From contig NC_086108.1 of NCBI RefSeq assembly GCF_963921235.1, positions 48,238,001-48,302,000 of the forward strand: DNA of 64,000 nucleotides, written 5' to 3'. The notes below the pieces were generated by a model, which was given only the letters and a program-made list of their open reading frames with translations, was not told where the DNA came from and did no database searches. This DNA is from Mobula hypostoma. Lineage: Eukaryota. Below are positions 34,996 to 47,642 of this stretch, in pieces; position 1 is the stretch's first letter; the number at the start of each line of letters is the position of its first letter. Position numbers and translations under genes: made by a program.

Positions 34996-36089
34996 GTAAT
35001 TTGAGATTAAACAGAGGTCTGAATTATGGGATTTCTTATATTTTACTATGAAGTGTGCTATGTACAGCTGTGGATAGTGAGCAAGAATATGAGGCAAATA
35101 AACATAGCTGTCATATTTTCGTTTGAGTAATAGTCATTATTATTGACATCACTGATTTTTTAATCTTTAAATTCTTTACAGATTAGGAAATGACCAGTAA
35201 ATCTTTTCATTGTTTTCCCTTGCTTTTCATAGTATTGCAACCGCACTGCTGACTGGGATGAGTATTTTGAACTTCTGTGTGTACTTCCCCTCAGTGCATG
35301 CCCACATGGTCCTTAAGTTGAATAGCTTTGATATGCGTTAATGAAAACCACAACACAGAAGAGCCGATCGACAATATGAATTATTAATGTTCAAAGAACT
35401 TTTCAAATTGTAAGGAAGTACTGTGGAGCTCATCTTAATCAGTTTACAAGATGATACATTTTCAAATTAATGATCACAGGCTTTGCTTGATATACTCATT
35501 TATTTATTTTTGAATATCCAACATTTCCCAGTGTTCAATTGTTTGCACATTCTTTTGTTTCTCTGATTTCTTCTTGACCAAATTTGTAAGATTTCTCCAT
35601 TCTATAAGTTGATTTCATAATGGGTAGCAAATCCTTCGGCCCAATTCCTTGTTGTGATTAGAGTACATACAAGTGTTTCATCCCTCCTTTCCCCTTGTTT
35701 GGCTGTCTTTCTTGTCTTTCAGTTTTCAACCATTAAGTAGGCAGATGATAGAAACGTTGACCTGTCTGTTTTTCATGCATACAGTGACATGTAAGGCATT
35801 TCCAACATTTTCTGGTTTACTGTTTGCATGATTTAAAAAACAACAAAAGATCTGCTGTTTAGATGCATTAGCTGCTTTCAAATCAAGAAACAAAAGAGAA
35901 ATCTGGACAAGCTCCAAATCATGGAATCTTTCCATTTGGTCAGTACAGAAAAAACATCAGAGCAGTTGTTACAATTCTATGTTGTTCAACTTATGTTGGT
36001 TTAGTCACTGTCTATATTGTTATCTTAACATATTTCTGTATACTTAAGATGTTGATGATTTTTTAATGGGAATATACTTTGTATTCCAG

Positions 36090-36217
36090 ACACACCCAAC
36101 TTTCCACTGGATCAATGAAGATTATTGAAACCAGACTGTCTGATTCTGGAACATACCAGTGTGTTGCTACAAACATTGCTGGGAATGTTACACAATACAT
36201 TAGGTTAAGTGTGCATG
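36090..36217 (+). CDS. HMCN1: Hemicentin-1 exon, phase 2>1
   Basis: ttccag|ACAC...CATG|gtatgt; HTQLSTGSMKIIETRLSDSGTYQCVATNIAGNVTQYIRLSVH; 128 bp. Confidence 0.93.
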
Positions 36218-36493
36218 GTATGTTTCCATTGCAGTGCAAATCAATAATGACATCAGTTCTTTCTTCAGATGTCAAAAACTCAAACTCTAGGGACTAGCTT
36301 CTCAGAGAACTGCTAATCACTGTTTAAACAATACCAGCTCAACAAGCTTTAATGTTTACTAATTGCTCACAAAGGAGTCCCATAAAACTATGCATCTTGC
36401 AGAAAATTTGAGGTTCAATCAGCACTGAAAATTCACACGCATGCACACTTACGCACAAACACACATAAACAAACACAACTGGTAGAAATTCAA

Positions 36494-37028
36494 ACAAGAG
36501 AAAATCTGTCGATGCTGGACATCCGAGAAACACACACAAAATGCTGGAGGAACTCAGCAGGCCAGGCAGCATCTATGGAAAAGAGTACAGTTGACGTTTT
36601 GGGCAGAGACCTTTCATCAGGACTGGAAAAAAAAGAGATTAAGAAGGTGGAGCGATGGGAGGAAGAAAGACAAGGTGACGGGTAAAACAGGAGGGTGGGG
36701 TGGAGAGGGGGTGCAGGGAATTTGATTGGTGAAAGAGATACAGGGCTGAAAAAGGGAATCTGATAGGAGAGCCCTGTATCTCTATCTCCAGCCCTGTTTC
36801 TCTTTCATCAATCAACCTTCCAGCTCCTTACTTCATCCCTTCCCCACCCACTTCCTGGTTTCACCTGTCACCTTGTCTTTCTTCCTCTCCTCCCCCCATC
36901 TTCTTACTTCGACTCCTCGTTTTTTTTCTCCAGACTTGCCGAAGGGTCTCGGCCCGAAACGTCGACTGTACTCTTTTCCATAGATGCTGCCCGGCCTGCT
37001 GAGTTCCTCCAGCATTTTGTGTGTGTTG
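36494..37028. mobile_element. Palindromic non-autonomous PLE insertion (two inverted 3' UTRs) with 13-bp TSD
   Basis: TSD ggtagaaattcaa at 36481-36493 and 37029-37041. Arms are homologous to the PLE 3' UTR at 5900-6120. Decayed hammerheads at 36589-36624 (-) and 36932-36967 (+). Confidence 0.88.
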
Positions 37029-37249
37029 GGTAGAAATTCAAGACTTGATCATGCATTTAGTTTCAAAATCAATTCATTCAAAAATTTCCTTGCCCATTTT
37101 TTATGCTTTCTTACAGAGTGTACTGAGGTTTGCACTCTCATTTCTATAATGAAATAATTTTTTTATAGCATCCTGAAACAAATCTTTGAATTTAATTACA
37201 AACATCTATTTCAACTGCATCTACAATCACTTGTAGAAATTACTCAAAC

Positions 37250-37980
37250 CTATTTTAAATTGCAGTTAAGACAGGGTGAAGGAGTAGGGTGTAAATATAA
37301 TGTGATAGTTTGAGGATTGGTTAATGAATAGAGAAAAGAGATAAGGAATAAAGAGATGAGACCATGGCTTTATGTGGATCCATTTGTCCACAATGTACAT
37401 TAATAATTTGAATGAGGGGATTATGTGATATGTTTAAATTTGCTGATAATACAAAGTTAGATGGCAGTGTGGGCTATAAGAGGATACAGAGAGATTTCAT
37501 GAAAATGTAGGCAAAGACATAGCTGTTGGAATATAATGTGGAAGAATGCAAGGCATCAATTTTTATGCTAAAATTCCAAATAATTGAGTGTTTTTTTAAA
37601 GTTGTGGAAGACTCAAAGGTGTTGGTGTTCAGGGGGATGTTGGGTGGCCAAGTATACTTGTGAAGGTTAGCAAGTAGATATAGTAAGCAGTTTGAAAGAC
37701 AAACACTATGTTGGACTCCATTGCCAGAGGACTTGAGTAGAAATATTTTGCTTCAATTGTGTTGTAACCCTAGTGAAACTAAATTTATGTTATTGTACTT
37801 AGTCTGGTCTCTTCATTTGCTTGGCATTACAAAGAGAGATGGATGGATTTTTAGATGTTACTGGAATTGAGGAAATTGGCGATAGAGCAGAAAAGTTGTA
37901 GTGCGGTTAAAGGTCAGCCCTGATCTTACTGAATAGTCATGCAAGCCTGAGAGGCTGAGTGGCCTGTTTCTTTTAATCTT
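37250..37980 (+). mobile_element. Highly degenerate CR1 fragment
   Basis: aaatttgctgataatacaaag (KFAD.TK) and a CR1-like tail. Confidence 0.55.
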
Positions 37981-38079
37981 AAGCTTCTCAAATTGGAAGA
38001 GGATCAAATAATCAACAAAGTAGGAACACTGGCATTCATTAAAAATGCAATTAGTATTTATTATACTGATTTGAGTGTT

Positions 38080-40010
38080 CAATTGGATCCACTCCGATTT
38101 GCCTACCAGCACAACTGGTCCAGGGCAGATGCCATCTCATTGGCTCTGGACAGCAATGATGCATACATCAGGATGCTCTTTATCGGCTACAGCTTGGCAT
38201 TTAATGCCACCATCCCCTCAAAGCTAATCAGTAAGCTTGAAGACCTTAGCCTCAATACCTCCTTGGGTAATTGGATCTTCAACTTCTTCACTTGCAGATC
38301 CCAGTCAGTTCAATGGTTCAATTTAATATCTCAGAATGTATTCAATATACTACCTGAAATTCTTACTCTTCACAGACATCCACGAAACAGAAGAAACCCT
38401 AAACAATGAATGACAGAAAACATCAGAACTCCAAAGCCCCACAACCCCTCCCGTGCACAGGCAGCAGCAAAAGCATCCAACCTCCCCTCTCACTCGAGAG
38501 AGAGAGATCGCTGGGGTGCAGGGGCCTTCCACCAGCAGCACACACCGCCTGCCATCCCAGTGTTTCAATCTCCCATGATGCTTCTGTCAGCAAGATCAAC
38601 AAGGAATCGGTTGTCGAAGGTGCACATCTTCCAGGCTGCACCTGGAGATTTCAAAACAGCAGGCCACACTGCACGTCCGAGAACAAGAACCCACCACCCA
38701 TGGAGAACCGTAGTTTGAGCTGCAGCTGTAGGTTATGGACTCTGATAGGACCCCAGCCACCTTGAAAAGAAAAGAGAGATGAGAAAAAAAAGAAGAAACT
38801 GTTTCATAGATGAACTTGATGAAGTCACTTGGGTCTACAAAAACATCTTTTGGATTGGTAGCAATGTCTCCTCTAAAATCTTCATCAGCATAAGTGCACC
38901 ACAAGTTTGTTTGCTTAGCCCTCTACTCAGTTTATACTTATAACTGTGAAGCTAAGCACAATTCCAATGCAGTATTTAAGTTTACTGTCTATACCATTGT
39001 CATTGGCCGAATCAGGAGCAGTGATGAATTAACCTATAGGAGGGAGATTGAAAATCTGGCTGAGTGGCGCCACAACAACAACCTCTTGCTCGATGTCAGC
39101 GAGACTAAGGAGATGATTATTGACCAGGAGGAGGAATCAGGAGGTCCACGAACCAGTCCTCATAGGGGGCCAGGTGTGGTGGTTAGAGGAGGAGAGTATC
39201 AGCAACTTTAAATTCCTTGGTGTTATCATTTCAGAGAATCTGTCCTGGGCCCAGCACGTAATTGCAATTATGAAGAAAGCACAGCAGCACCTCCACTTCC
39301 TTAGAAGTTTGTGAAGATTCGGCATGACATCTAAAACCTTGACCAATTTCTATAGATATGTCGTGGACAGTATATTGACTGGCTGCATCACCACCTGGTA
39401 TGGAAACCCCTGCCATGCACAGGCAGCAGCAAAAGCATCCTGAATGCCCTTGAATGTAAAATCCCACAAAAAGTATTGGATACAGCCCAGTCTATCACGG
39501 GTAAACCCTCCCTACTATTGAGCACACCTACATGGAGCGCTATCGCAGGAAAACAGCATCCATTATCAAGGACCCCCACCACCCAGACAATGCTCTCTTC
39601 TCACTGCTACCATAAGGAAGAAGGTGCAGAAGCCTCAGAATCTACATCACCAGGTTCAGGAACAGTTACTACCCCTCAGCCATCAAGCTCTTGAACAAAA
39701 GGAGATAACTTTACTCAATTTCACTCACCCCATCATTGAGATTTCCCCCCAATATATTGTCCCAGTTTCAAGGACTCTTTCATCTCATGTGCTCAATATT
39801 TATTGCTTATTAATTTATTATTATTATTATTTCTTTCTTTTTCTTTAGTACTTGCAGTGTTTGTTGTCTTGTACACATGGTTGTTTGTCCTTTTGGGTGC
39901 AGCCTTTCATTCATTCTGTTATGCTTCTTGGACTTGCTGCGTATGCCCACAAGAAAATGAATCTCAGGGTTTTATATGGAGACATATATCTGGACTTTGA
40001 ACTTGGAACT
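38080..40010 (+). mobile_element. Rex1/Babar-type LINE, 5'-truncated and interrupted
   Basis: LDPLRFAY...DAIS...RMLFIGYSLAFN; FKFLGV.IS.NLSW; 3' UTR ending actttgaactt. Confidence 0.85.
38312..38851 (-). mobile_element. Nested 3' fragment of another LINE (Rex-like tail) inside the Rex element
   Basis: The host RT sequence breaks at cagtcagttc| and resumes at ggattgg. The insert begins with tail repeats gttcaatggttcaat. Confidence 0.65.
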
Positions 40011-42559
40011 TAAAAATTGCAACTGCATTGTTGAAGGTTGTTGGTGACTTCATCTTGAATATTTGCCGAAGTACTAAAATGGAATTCCAAAAGCATAGAT
40101 CCCAACTGTGCAGAGAGGAGATATTTAACCATTATGCAGATGATAACCTCATGAAAGATTTGCTTAATTAGTCCCAAGCCCCTACTCTTATCCCTATAGT
40201 CTAATATATATTTTTGTCAGGTTACAGCTGAGTAGAGTGGCTGGTCCGTTTGTCATGCTTGCACTACCTACCCCCACAGGCAGCTATTGCACTTTGCCTC
40301 AGTAGATCACTTCACACTCAGCCATGAAATAATTAAATCACTTTAACTGTTTGTTTGCCGTGGGACAGCCTCAGAGGACAGTGCTCGCAATCGGGTCCCT
40401 GGCGCAGCAGAGCACAACGTCAGTTCTCTGTACCACCAGACGTGTATCTACTGGTAAATAGGACATGCTGTCATGACTCTTTCAGTGCTGATTCCACTAG
40501 CACTCTTACTCTTGGGAACATAAACTGAATGCTAAATTAGGTGCTGGTGTAGTGGCAGAGTCCTTAGCCCAACTGTTAATGTAAGGAATTCCAGAACGAG
40601 GCAGAGCAGATGGAGAAGAATTTTTTAAATGCTGTCTAACCATCATGAAATTTCCTGAGGTAGCTAAACTTTTTTTTACCTCAGAAATCAAGTAAGCTGA
40701 AGTACCCACATCCATTGGCTATGATTTGGCTTCTTGACACTGCTGAGGATAATGTGTCTCTGAGATAATGAGCAAATGATATAATTACCAATGAGTGGGA
40801 AATCTGATGGAAAATTGTCCACTGACTTCTGCATATCCCTCTAGCATTCAGTTCAGTAGTGCATCTCCAGGGGTGAAGGAACAAGATTGCTATCTACTCC
40901 TTTCAATGGAGCATGTCTAATGTTAAGTCTGTAGAGCGAAAAGTAGTTATTGGAATAAATCTAACTGATCCTCTTGATTCTGATTTTGAATCATGCCTTC
41001 TAGTTACAGTCACAAAAGCATACAGTGGTTTATGGGGTCGTGTTTAAGTGTATGTGAATGCACTGCCCATACATACAGTGTCCTCGTCTGAAACTGCTGT
41101 ATGATGTGAGAAAGTGGGCTGACCCAGGGAAAGGGGAGGATGTGCCAGACATCTGTCCCTAAAAACACATTGAATTTTCCTTTGCAAGCACCACTTATGC
41201 ATTTTTTGTTCTAAAACTCTTCCATATGTTTAGTTTTCTGTCCAACCTCAGCTTGCATTCCACTCTCAACGTTACTTTCAGTGGTGATTTTGAAGTAGGA
41301 GTTATCGGGGAATTTTTATTTGTTCTGATAGAAAACTAGCAAATGAAATAAACATTAAAAGTACACTAATAATCTAAATTTTCATTTCAACTGCAATTGT
41401 TTTTGACTAAACTGGTACTCACATGTGTTGATTATTCTCAGTTGCCCAGAAAGTCAGGGTCTAGGTTGCTTCCTTAAGCCATGAAATGACGTATTAAACT
41501 GAAAGAGCACTTGGAAAAAATAACCATAGATTGATAGGTTAAGGATGGCAGAGTCCCTTTCCAAAGCTTCACAGACAAGTTTTTTTTTAAATTTCAAGAA
41601 ACTGAATGCATAATTGCAAATGACCAAATAAGATTAGAACTCACACTCTCTGAATTGGAAGTCCAGGCATCTGTGCTCTTAGGTATGGAAATTAAACCTT
41701 ACTATGCTACGGCACATCAGCACTGGTATGTTGTTTATGGCAAATTGATCATTTTAAAACATTATCTTGACTCAATATGGTCATTTAAATCTTTATGGGA
41801 ATTTAGATTTTTCTTGGAATTCCTTCAAACGCCTATTTGTAAATTTGCCAGATTAATGTGGAAAGTGTATTCAGCGCCAGTGGGTCAAATTTGAAGAAAT
41901 GAATCGTTATTCATTTGGGTAATGCAGCGGTGAATAATATGCAACAACACAGCTAAGCTAAATGCAATTTTGTCAGAACTCACTCAAGGATTAGTTGCCA
42001 TTTTTAGCAGGTCCCACAAATTTTACATTTAGCACCAACTTCCAAGAAGTAAATATTTCCCTTTCTAGACAACTGGAAGCTGATAACCAATGGTGTGAAT
42101 GTAGTTTTCCTGCAATACGTTGGCTACCTTCGTTACGAAAAAAAAGTGGCTCTGGGTACTATGAGGAATAACGGTAGACAAACATGTGAAGGCCAATTGT
42201 TATAAATACTTATTGGATTTGATAAACCCAAAGACACAATATTTGAAAAGTTTAACTTCTCACTAACAACACAGATTGGCAGTGGAATTAGCATGATTTT
42301 TAAATTAAAATTAGTTAATATGAAGCGTTCACAGTAGCAACGTGCATTTATAGCGCCAGGAAAATGCCATTTGGTCCAACAGAAAGGAGACTTTCAGAAA
42401 AGATTAACATCCATGCACCCTCTGAATGCCCCCTTCCCTAGTTACATTCCACATCATTAAGTGGAATAATTTCTTCTGATTTCTTTTCATTATAATCTAA
42501 ATCTAGACCTAACCCTGTAATTTTATTTTTATTTTTCCTGTGACAAGACTGTTGAAACC

Positions 42560-42614
42560 ACAGACCCTTTGGTTAATGGTAAGGCTCCATGGCATAAAAA
42601 GGTTGGGGAGCCCT
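42560..42614. mobile_element. hAT/Charlie-type MITE end fragment
   Basis: ...ccatggcataaaaaggttggggagccctg resembles a CAGGG..CCCCAACC TIR; partner end not found. Confidence 0.4.
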
Positions 42615-42925
42615 GCTCCAATGCAACGGCACTAAAATTGCTAAGTACAGAAATGAACCTAGATTAATACATCTACTGGCTGCTTCCTGAATCACCCTTT
42701 CCTGAGATTTTCACCTTTTGTCCAATGGTGACCAAAATTAGTCTCTGAAAAATTAGTGGTTATACCCATGGGGAGAACGATCCTGGTCAAAGGAAGGGTT
42801 AAGGGATTTAGGCTTCTGAAACTAAATGGTTGACAAGAACAGCGTGCTACCTAAATTTGTAGCATGCCAGATAAGTGACTCACAATTAACTGGAGACATC
42901 ATAAAATACCAATAAATACCAAAAT

Positions 42926-43231
42926 TGTGTTGGCACGTGGCCAAGTGGTTAAGGCGTCGGTCTAGTGATCTGAAGGTCGCTAGTTTGAGCCACAGCTGAA
43001 GCAGCGTGTTGTGTCCTCGAGCAAGGCACTTAACCACACATTGCTCTGCGACGACACCGGTGCCAAGCTGTATCAGCCCTAGTGCCCTTCCCTTGGACAA
43101 CATCGGTGGCGTGGAGAGGGGAGACTTGCAGCATGGGCAATTGCCGGTCTTCCATACAACTTTGCCCAGGCCTGCGCCCTGGAAACCTTCCAAGGTGCAA
43201 ATCCATAGTCTCACAAGACTAACGGATGCCT
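42926..43231 (+). mobile_element. tRNA-derived SINE, full length
   Basis: tggccaagtggtt A box, gtttgagcc B box, same core as 34150-34450. 14-bp TSD ataaataccaaaat at 42912-42925 and 43232-43245. Confidence 0.88.
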
Positions 43232-44646
43232 ATAAATACCAAAATAATGATATAACCAACATCTCACTTTCCTTGAAAAGAAATATAATATTCTACAACA
43301 GAGTCTTAATGTCTGTTTTCAAATATTTACCATCCTTTTGTAGGAAGGTTGCTATTTATATTGTTAACAGAAATAACAGTTGTTGCACTCTGAAATGCAT
43401 TATTGGAACATTACGTTTGGGAGCAAGGGTATTCATGGGATATTTTCAAGTGATAAAATTGTGTTGAGGTAATGAAGGTAGATCACTTTTAGAGGAGTCA
43501 GCATGTTGTATTTACAAGAAAGATCCTGAGACTGCTATATTTGTTTGATATCATATTTTAGTGTTTATTGACATTTTATGACGCTAAACTTAAAAAACTA
43601 CCTAAATGTTTGATTCCTTAGATGTTCTATAGATCATAGTCCAGACTTTGCAGTTAGCAATAAAGGAATAGTGTTCACAGTTGACTGTGCTGAAAGATAA
43701 TAATTTTGTGGTTTTATCAGTAGTTTGAGAAAACGAGAGGCTTTCAACCTATCAGGTATAAGATTCTCCCTCGGTACATGAAGACAGGCTGTGCTTTTTT
43801 GTGTAGTACTGTGGACAATCATTTGCCTCCAGTTTTGTTTGTGAGTGCCAAGCGCTTTTTTGAGAAATTCCCATCACATGGAAGATTATTCAGTGGTATA
43901 GCAAGTGACAGAGGTTTGCAAACTGGGTGACTGATGATACTGATCTATGCTGACAGTGGCATCGCTAGACTGGGCCACATGATATAATCAAAGCCATATG
44001 TTAATCCTTATTAACTTTGGGAATGATATTCATTAGGATACAGGAAAACATTCATTAGCTTCTAACACATGGATTCTCTCATCCTTGTGGTCTCTGCACC
44101 AGTCTGTTGCTGCTGGCACCTGTTGCACAGAACCTTCTCCCACAGAACAGACGAACCTCTGTATGGTTGCCTTACAATGTGTCTGGGTGATGTGCCAAGT
44201 TTGAACAGCTGGTGGTGTGCAGATGTTGCAAGTTGTTGGTGTCAGATTTGGAATGGTAGTAAATATGAGGTTCAGTTGAATTCATGAATATGAAGCCAAA
44301 GACCTGTCTGATAGATGCTGTTGTGAGATGAGTGATGGCTTGTATAGAGCAATGTGTAATTCTGGTAGTGCAGCTGTAGAAGGGATTTGATAATGGTTTC
44401 ACTGATCTTGACTACAGTTGTCAAGTTATTAAACTTCTTTGCAACACTGCATCATTGTCCTCTGGGATTAACACCTGGAGCTGAACTTATTCGTGACCTC
44501 TCTGCCCACAGCAACTTTGTCTCTCTGTCTGGAGAATTTACTGGTCCCTAAAATTAGAGAACTTCTTTCCTTCTCTTCATCTCGCCTTAATGTGTCCAGA
44601 AATGTATCAGAAAGTTAATTTGTTCATACTCTTCCATGACTTAAAC

Positions 44647-47642
44647 CAGTGGTCCCCAACCTCTGGGCCGCGGACCAATACCGGTCCGCGAAGCATGCAG
44701 GGGTGCAGCAGTAGCGGGGACGCACCCAGGCGGCAGTCGGCAATCGCCTCTGATCTGGGCCGACATTTACGTGCTGGGCACCACCTAATTAATTAGCTTG
44801 TTTATTTCGGCTTTTTTCTTAAAGATGTAGAACATAGAACATAGAATAGTACAGCGCAGTACAGGCCCTTCGGCCCACAATGTTGCGCTGATCCTCAAAC
44901 CCTGCCTCTCATATAAGCCCCCACCTTAAATTCCTCCATATACCTGTCTAGTAGTCTCTTAAACTTCACTAGTGTATCTGCCTCCACCACTGACTCAGGC
45001 AGTGCATTCTACGCACCAACCACTCTCTGACTAAAAAAACCCTCCTCTAATATCCCCCTTGAACTTCCCACCCCTTACCTTAAAGCCATGTCCTCTTGTA
45101 TTGAGCAGTGGTGCCCTGGGGAAGAGGCGCTGGCTATCCACTCTATCTATTCCTCTTATTATCTTGTACACCTCTATCATGTCTCCTCTCATCCTCCTTC
45201 TCTCCAAAGAGTAAAGCCCTAGCTCCCTTAATCTCTGATCATAATGCATACTCTCTAAACCAGGCAGCATCCTGGTAAATCTCCTCTGTACCCTTTCCAG
45301 TGCTTCCACATCCTTCCTATAGTGAGGTGACCAGAACTGGACACAGTACTCCAAGTGTGGCCTAACCAGAGTTTTATAGAGCTGCATCATTACATCGCGA
45401 CTCTTAAACTCTATCCCTCGACCTATGAAAGCTAACACCCCATAAGCTTTCTTAACTACCCTATCCTCCTGTGAGGCAACTTTCAGGGCTCTGTGGACAT
45501 GTACCCCGAGATCCCTCTGCTCCTCCACACTACCAAGTATCCTGCCATTTACTTTGTACTCTGCCTTGGAGTTTGTCCTTCCAAAGTGTACCACCTCACA
45601 CTTCTCTGGGTTGAACTCCATCTGCCACTTCTCAGCCCACTTCTGCATCCTATCAATGTCTCTCTGCAATCTTTGACAATCCTCTACACTATCTACAACA
45701 CCACCAACTTTTGTGTCGTCTGCAAACTTGCCAACCCACCCTTCTACCCCGACATCCAGGTCGTTAATAAAAATCACAAAAAGTAGAGGTCCCAGAACAG
45801 ATCCTTGTGGGACACCACTAGTCACAATCCTCCAATCTGAATGTACTCCCTTCACCACCACCCTCTGCCTTCTGCAGGCAAGCCAATTCTGAATCCACCT
45901 GGCCAAACTTCCCTGGATCCCATGCCTTCTAACTTTCTGAATAAGCCTACCGTGTGGAACCTTGTCAAATGCCTTACTAAAATCCATATAGATCACATCC
46001 ACTGCACTAACCTCATCTGTATGCCTGGTCACCTCCTCAAAGAACTCTATCAGGCTTGTTAGACACGATCTGCCCTTCACAAAGCCATGCTGACTGTCCC
46101 TGATCAGACCATGATTCTCTAAATGCGTATAGATCCTATCTCTAAGAATCTTTTCCAACAGCTTTCCCACCACAAATGTAAGACTCACTGGTCTATAATT
46201 ACCTGGACTATCCCTACTACCTTTTTTGAACAAGGGGACAACATTCGCCTCCCTCCAATCCTCCGGTACCATTCCCGTGGACAACGAGGACATAAAGATC
46301 CTAGCCAGAGGCTCAGCAATCTCTTCTCTCGCCTCGTGGAGCAGCCTGGGGAATATTCCGTCAGACCCTGGGGACTTATTTTAACAACTCCAACACCTCC
46401 TCTCCTTTAATATCAACATGCTCCAGAACATCAACCTCACTCATATTGTCCTCACCATCATCAAGTTCCCTCTCATTAGTGAATACCGAAGAGAAGTATT
46501 CATTGAGGACCTCGCTCACTTCCACAGACTCCAGGCACATCTTCCCACCTTTATCTCTAATCGGTCCTACCTCCACTCCTGTCATCCTTTTTTTCTTCAC
46601 ATAATTGAAGAATGCCTTGGGGTTTTCCTTTACCCTACTTGCGAAGGCCTTCTCATGCCCCCTTCTTGCTCTTCTCAGCCCCTTCTTAAGCTCCTTTCTT
46701 GCTTCCCTATATTCCTCAATAGACCCATCTGATCCTTGCTTCCTAAACCTCATGTATGCTGCCTTCTTCCACCTGACTAGATTTTCCACCTCACTTGTCA
46801 CCCATGGTTCCTTCACCCTACCATTCTTTATCTTCCTCACCGGGACAAATTTATCCCTTACATCCCGCAAGAGATCTCTAAACATTGACCACATGTCCAT
46901 AGTACATTTCCCTGCAAAAACTTCATCCCAATTCACACCCGCAAGTTCTAGCCTTATAGCCTCATAATTTGCCTTTTCCCAATTAAAAATTTTCCTGTCC
47001 TCTCTGATTCTATCCTTTTCCATAATGCTAAAGGCCAGGGAGCGGTGGTCACTGTCCCCCAGATGCTCACCCGCTGAGAGATCTGTGACCTGACCCGGTT
47101 CATTACCTAGTACTAGATCTAGTATGGTATTCCCCCTAGTCGGCCAGTCCACATATTGTGACAGGAATCCATCCTGGACACACTTAACAAACTCTGCCCC
47201 ATCTAAACCCTTGGAACTAATCAGGTGCCAATCAATATTAGTGAAGTTAAAGTCACCTATGATAACAACCCTGTTATTTTTGCACCTTTCCAAAATCTGT
47301 CTCCCAATCTGCTCCTCTGTATCTCTGCTGCTACCAGGGGGCCTATAGAATACCCCCAATAGAGTAACTGCTCCCTTCCTGTTCCTGACTTCCACCCATA
47401 CTGACTCAAAAGAGGATCCTGCTACATTACCCACCCTTTCTGTAGTTGTAATAGTATCCCTGACCAGTAATGCCACCCCTCCTCCCCTTTTTCCGCCCTC
47501 TCTATCCCTTCTAAAGCACTGAAATCCAGGAATATTGAGAATCCATTCCTGCCCATGTGCTGAGTGCATCCAGGCTACCGCTGTGCCCCTGCATGCTTTG
47601 CTGCCTGGTATCAGTCCGCGACCTGGAGGTTGGGGACCACTG
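44647..47642. mobile_element. hAT-type MITE (~270 bp of own sequence) containing a nested CR1
   Basis: 8-bp TSD acttaaac at 44639-44646 and 47643-47650. 17-bp perfect TIR cagtggtccccaacctc, extending ~85 bp imperfectly. Confidence 0.9.
44829..47554 (-). mobile_element. Young CR1 LINE, 5'-truncated within the APE domain; most of ORF2 retained
   Basis: ORFs 46376..47569 (APE: YRPP, GDFN, SDH) and 45031..46293 (RT). Tail (agaacat)n. atgt duplicated at 44825-44828 and 47555-47558. Confidence 0.93.

Noticed and set aside
40460..41150. Possible ancient LINE remnant (also 50150-50950)
   Set aside because: Too degenerate to assign by eye.
42926..43000. tRNA gene (also 34375-34450)
   Set aside because: A and B boxes continue into a SINE body with a TSD; no complete cloverleaf.
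44060..44620. Possible ancient Harbinger-like transposase remnant
   Set aside because: Only a vague resemblance; no catalytic motif can be read.
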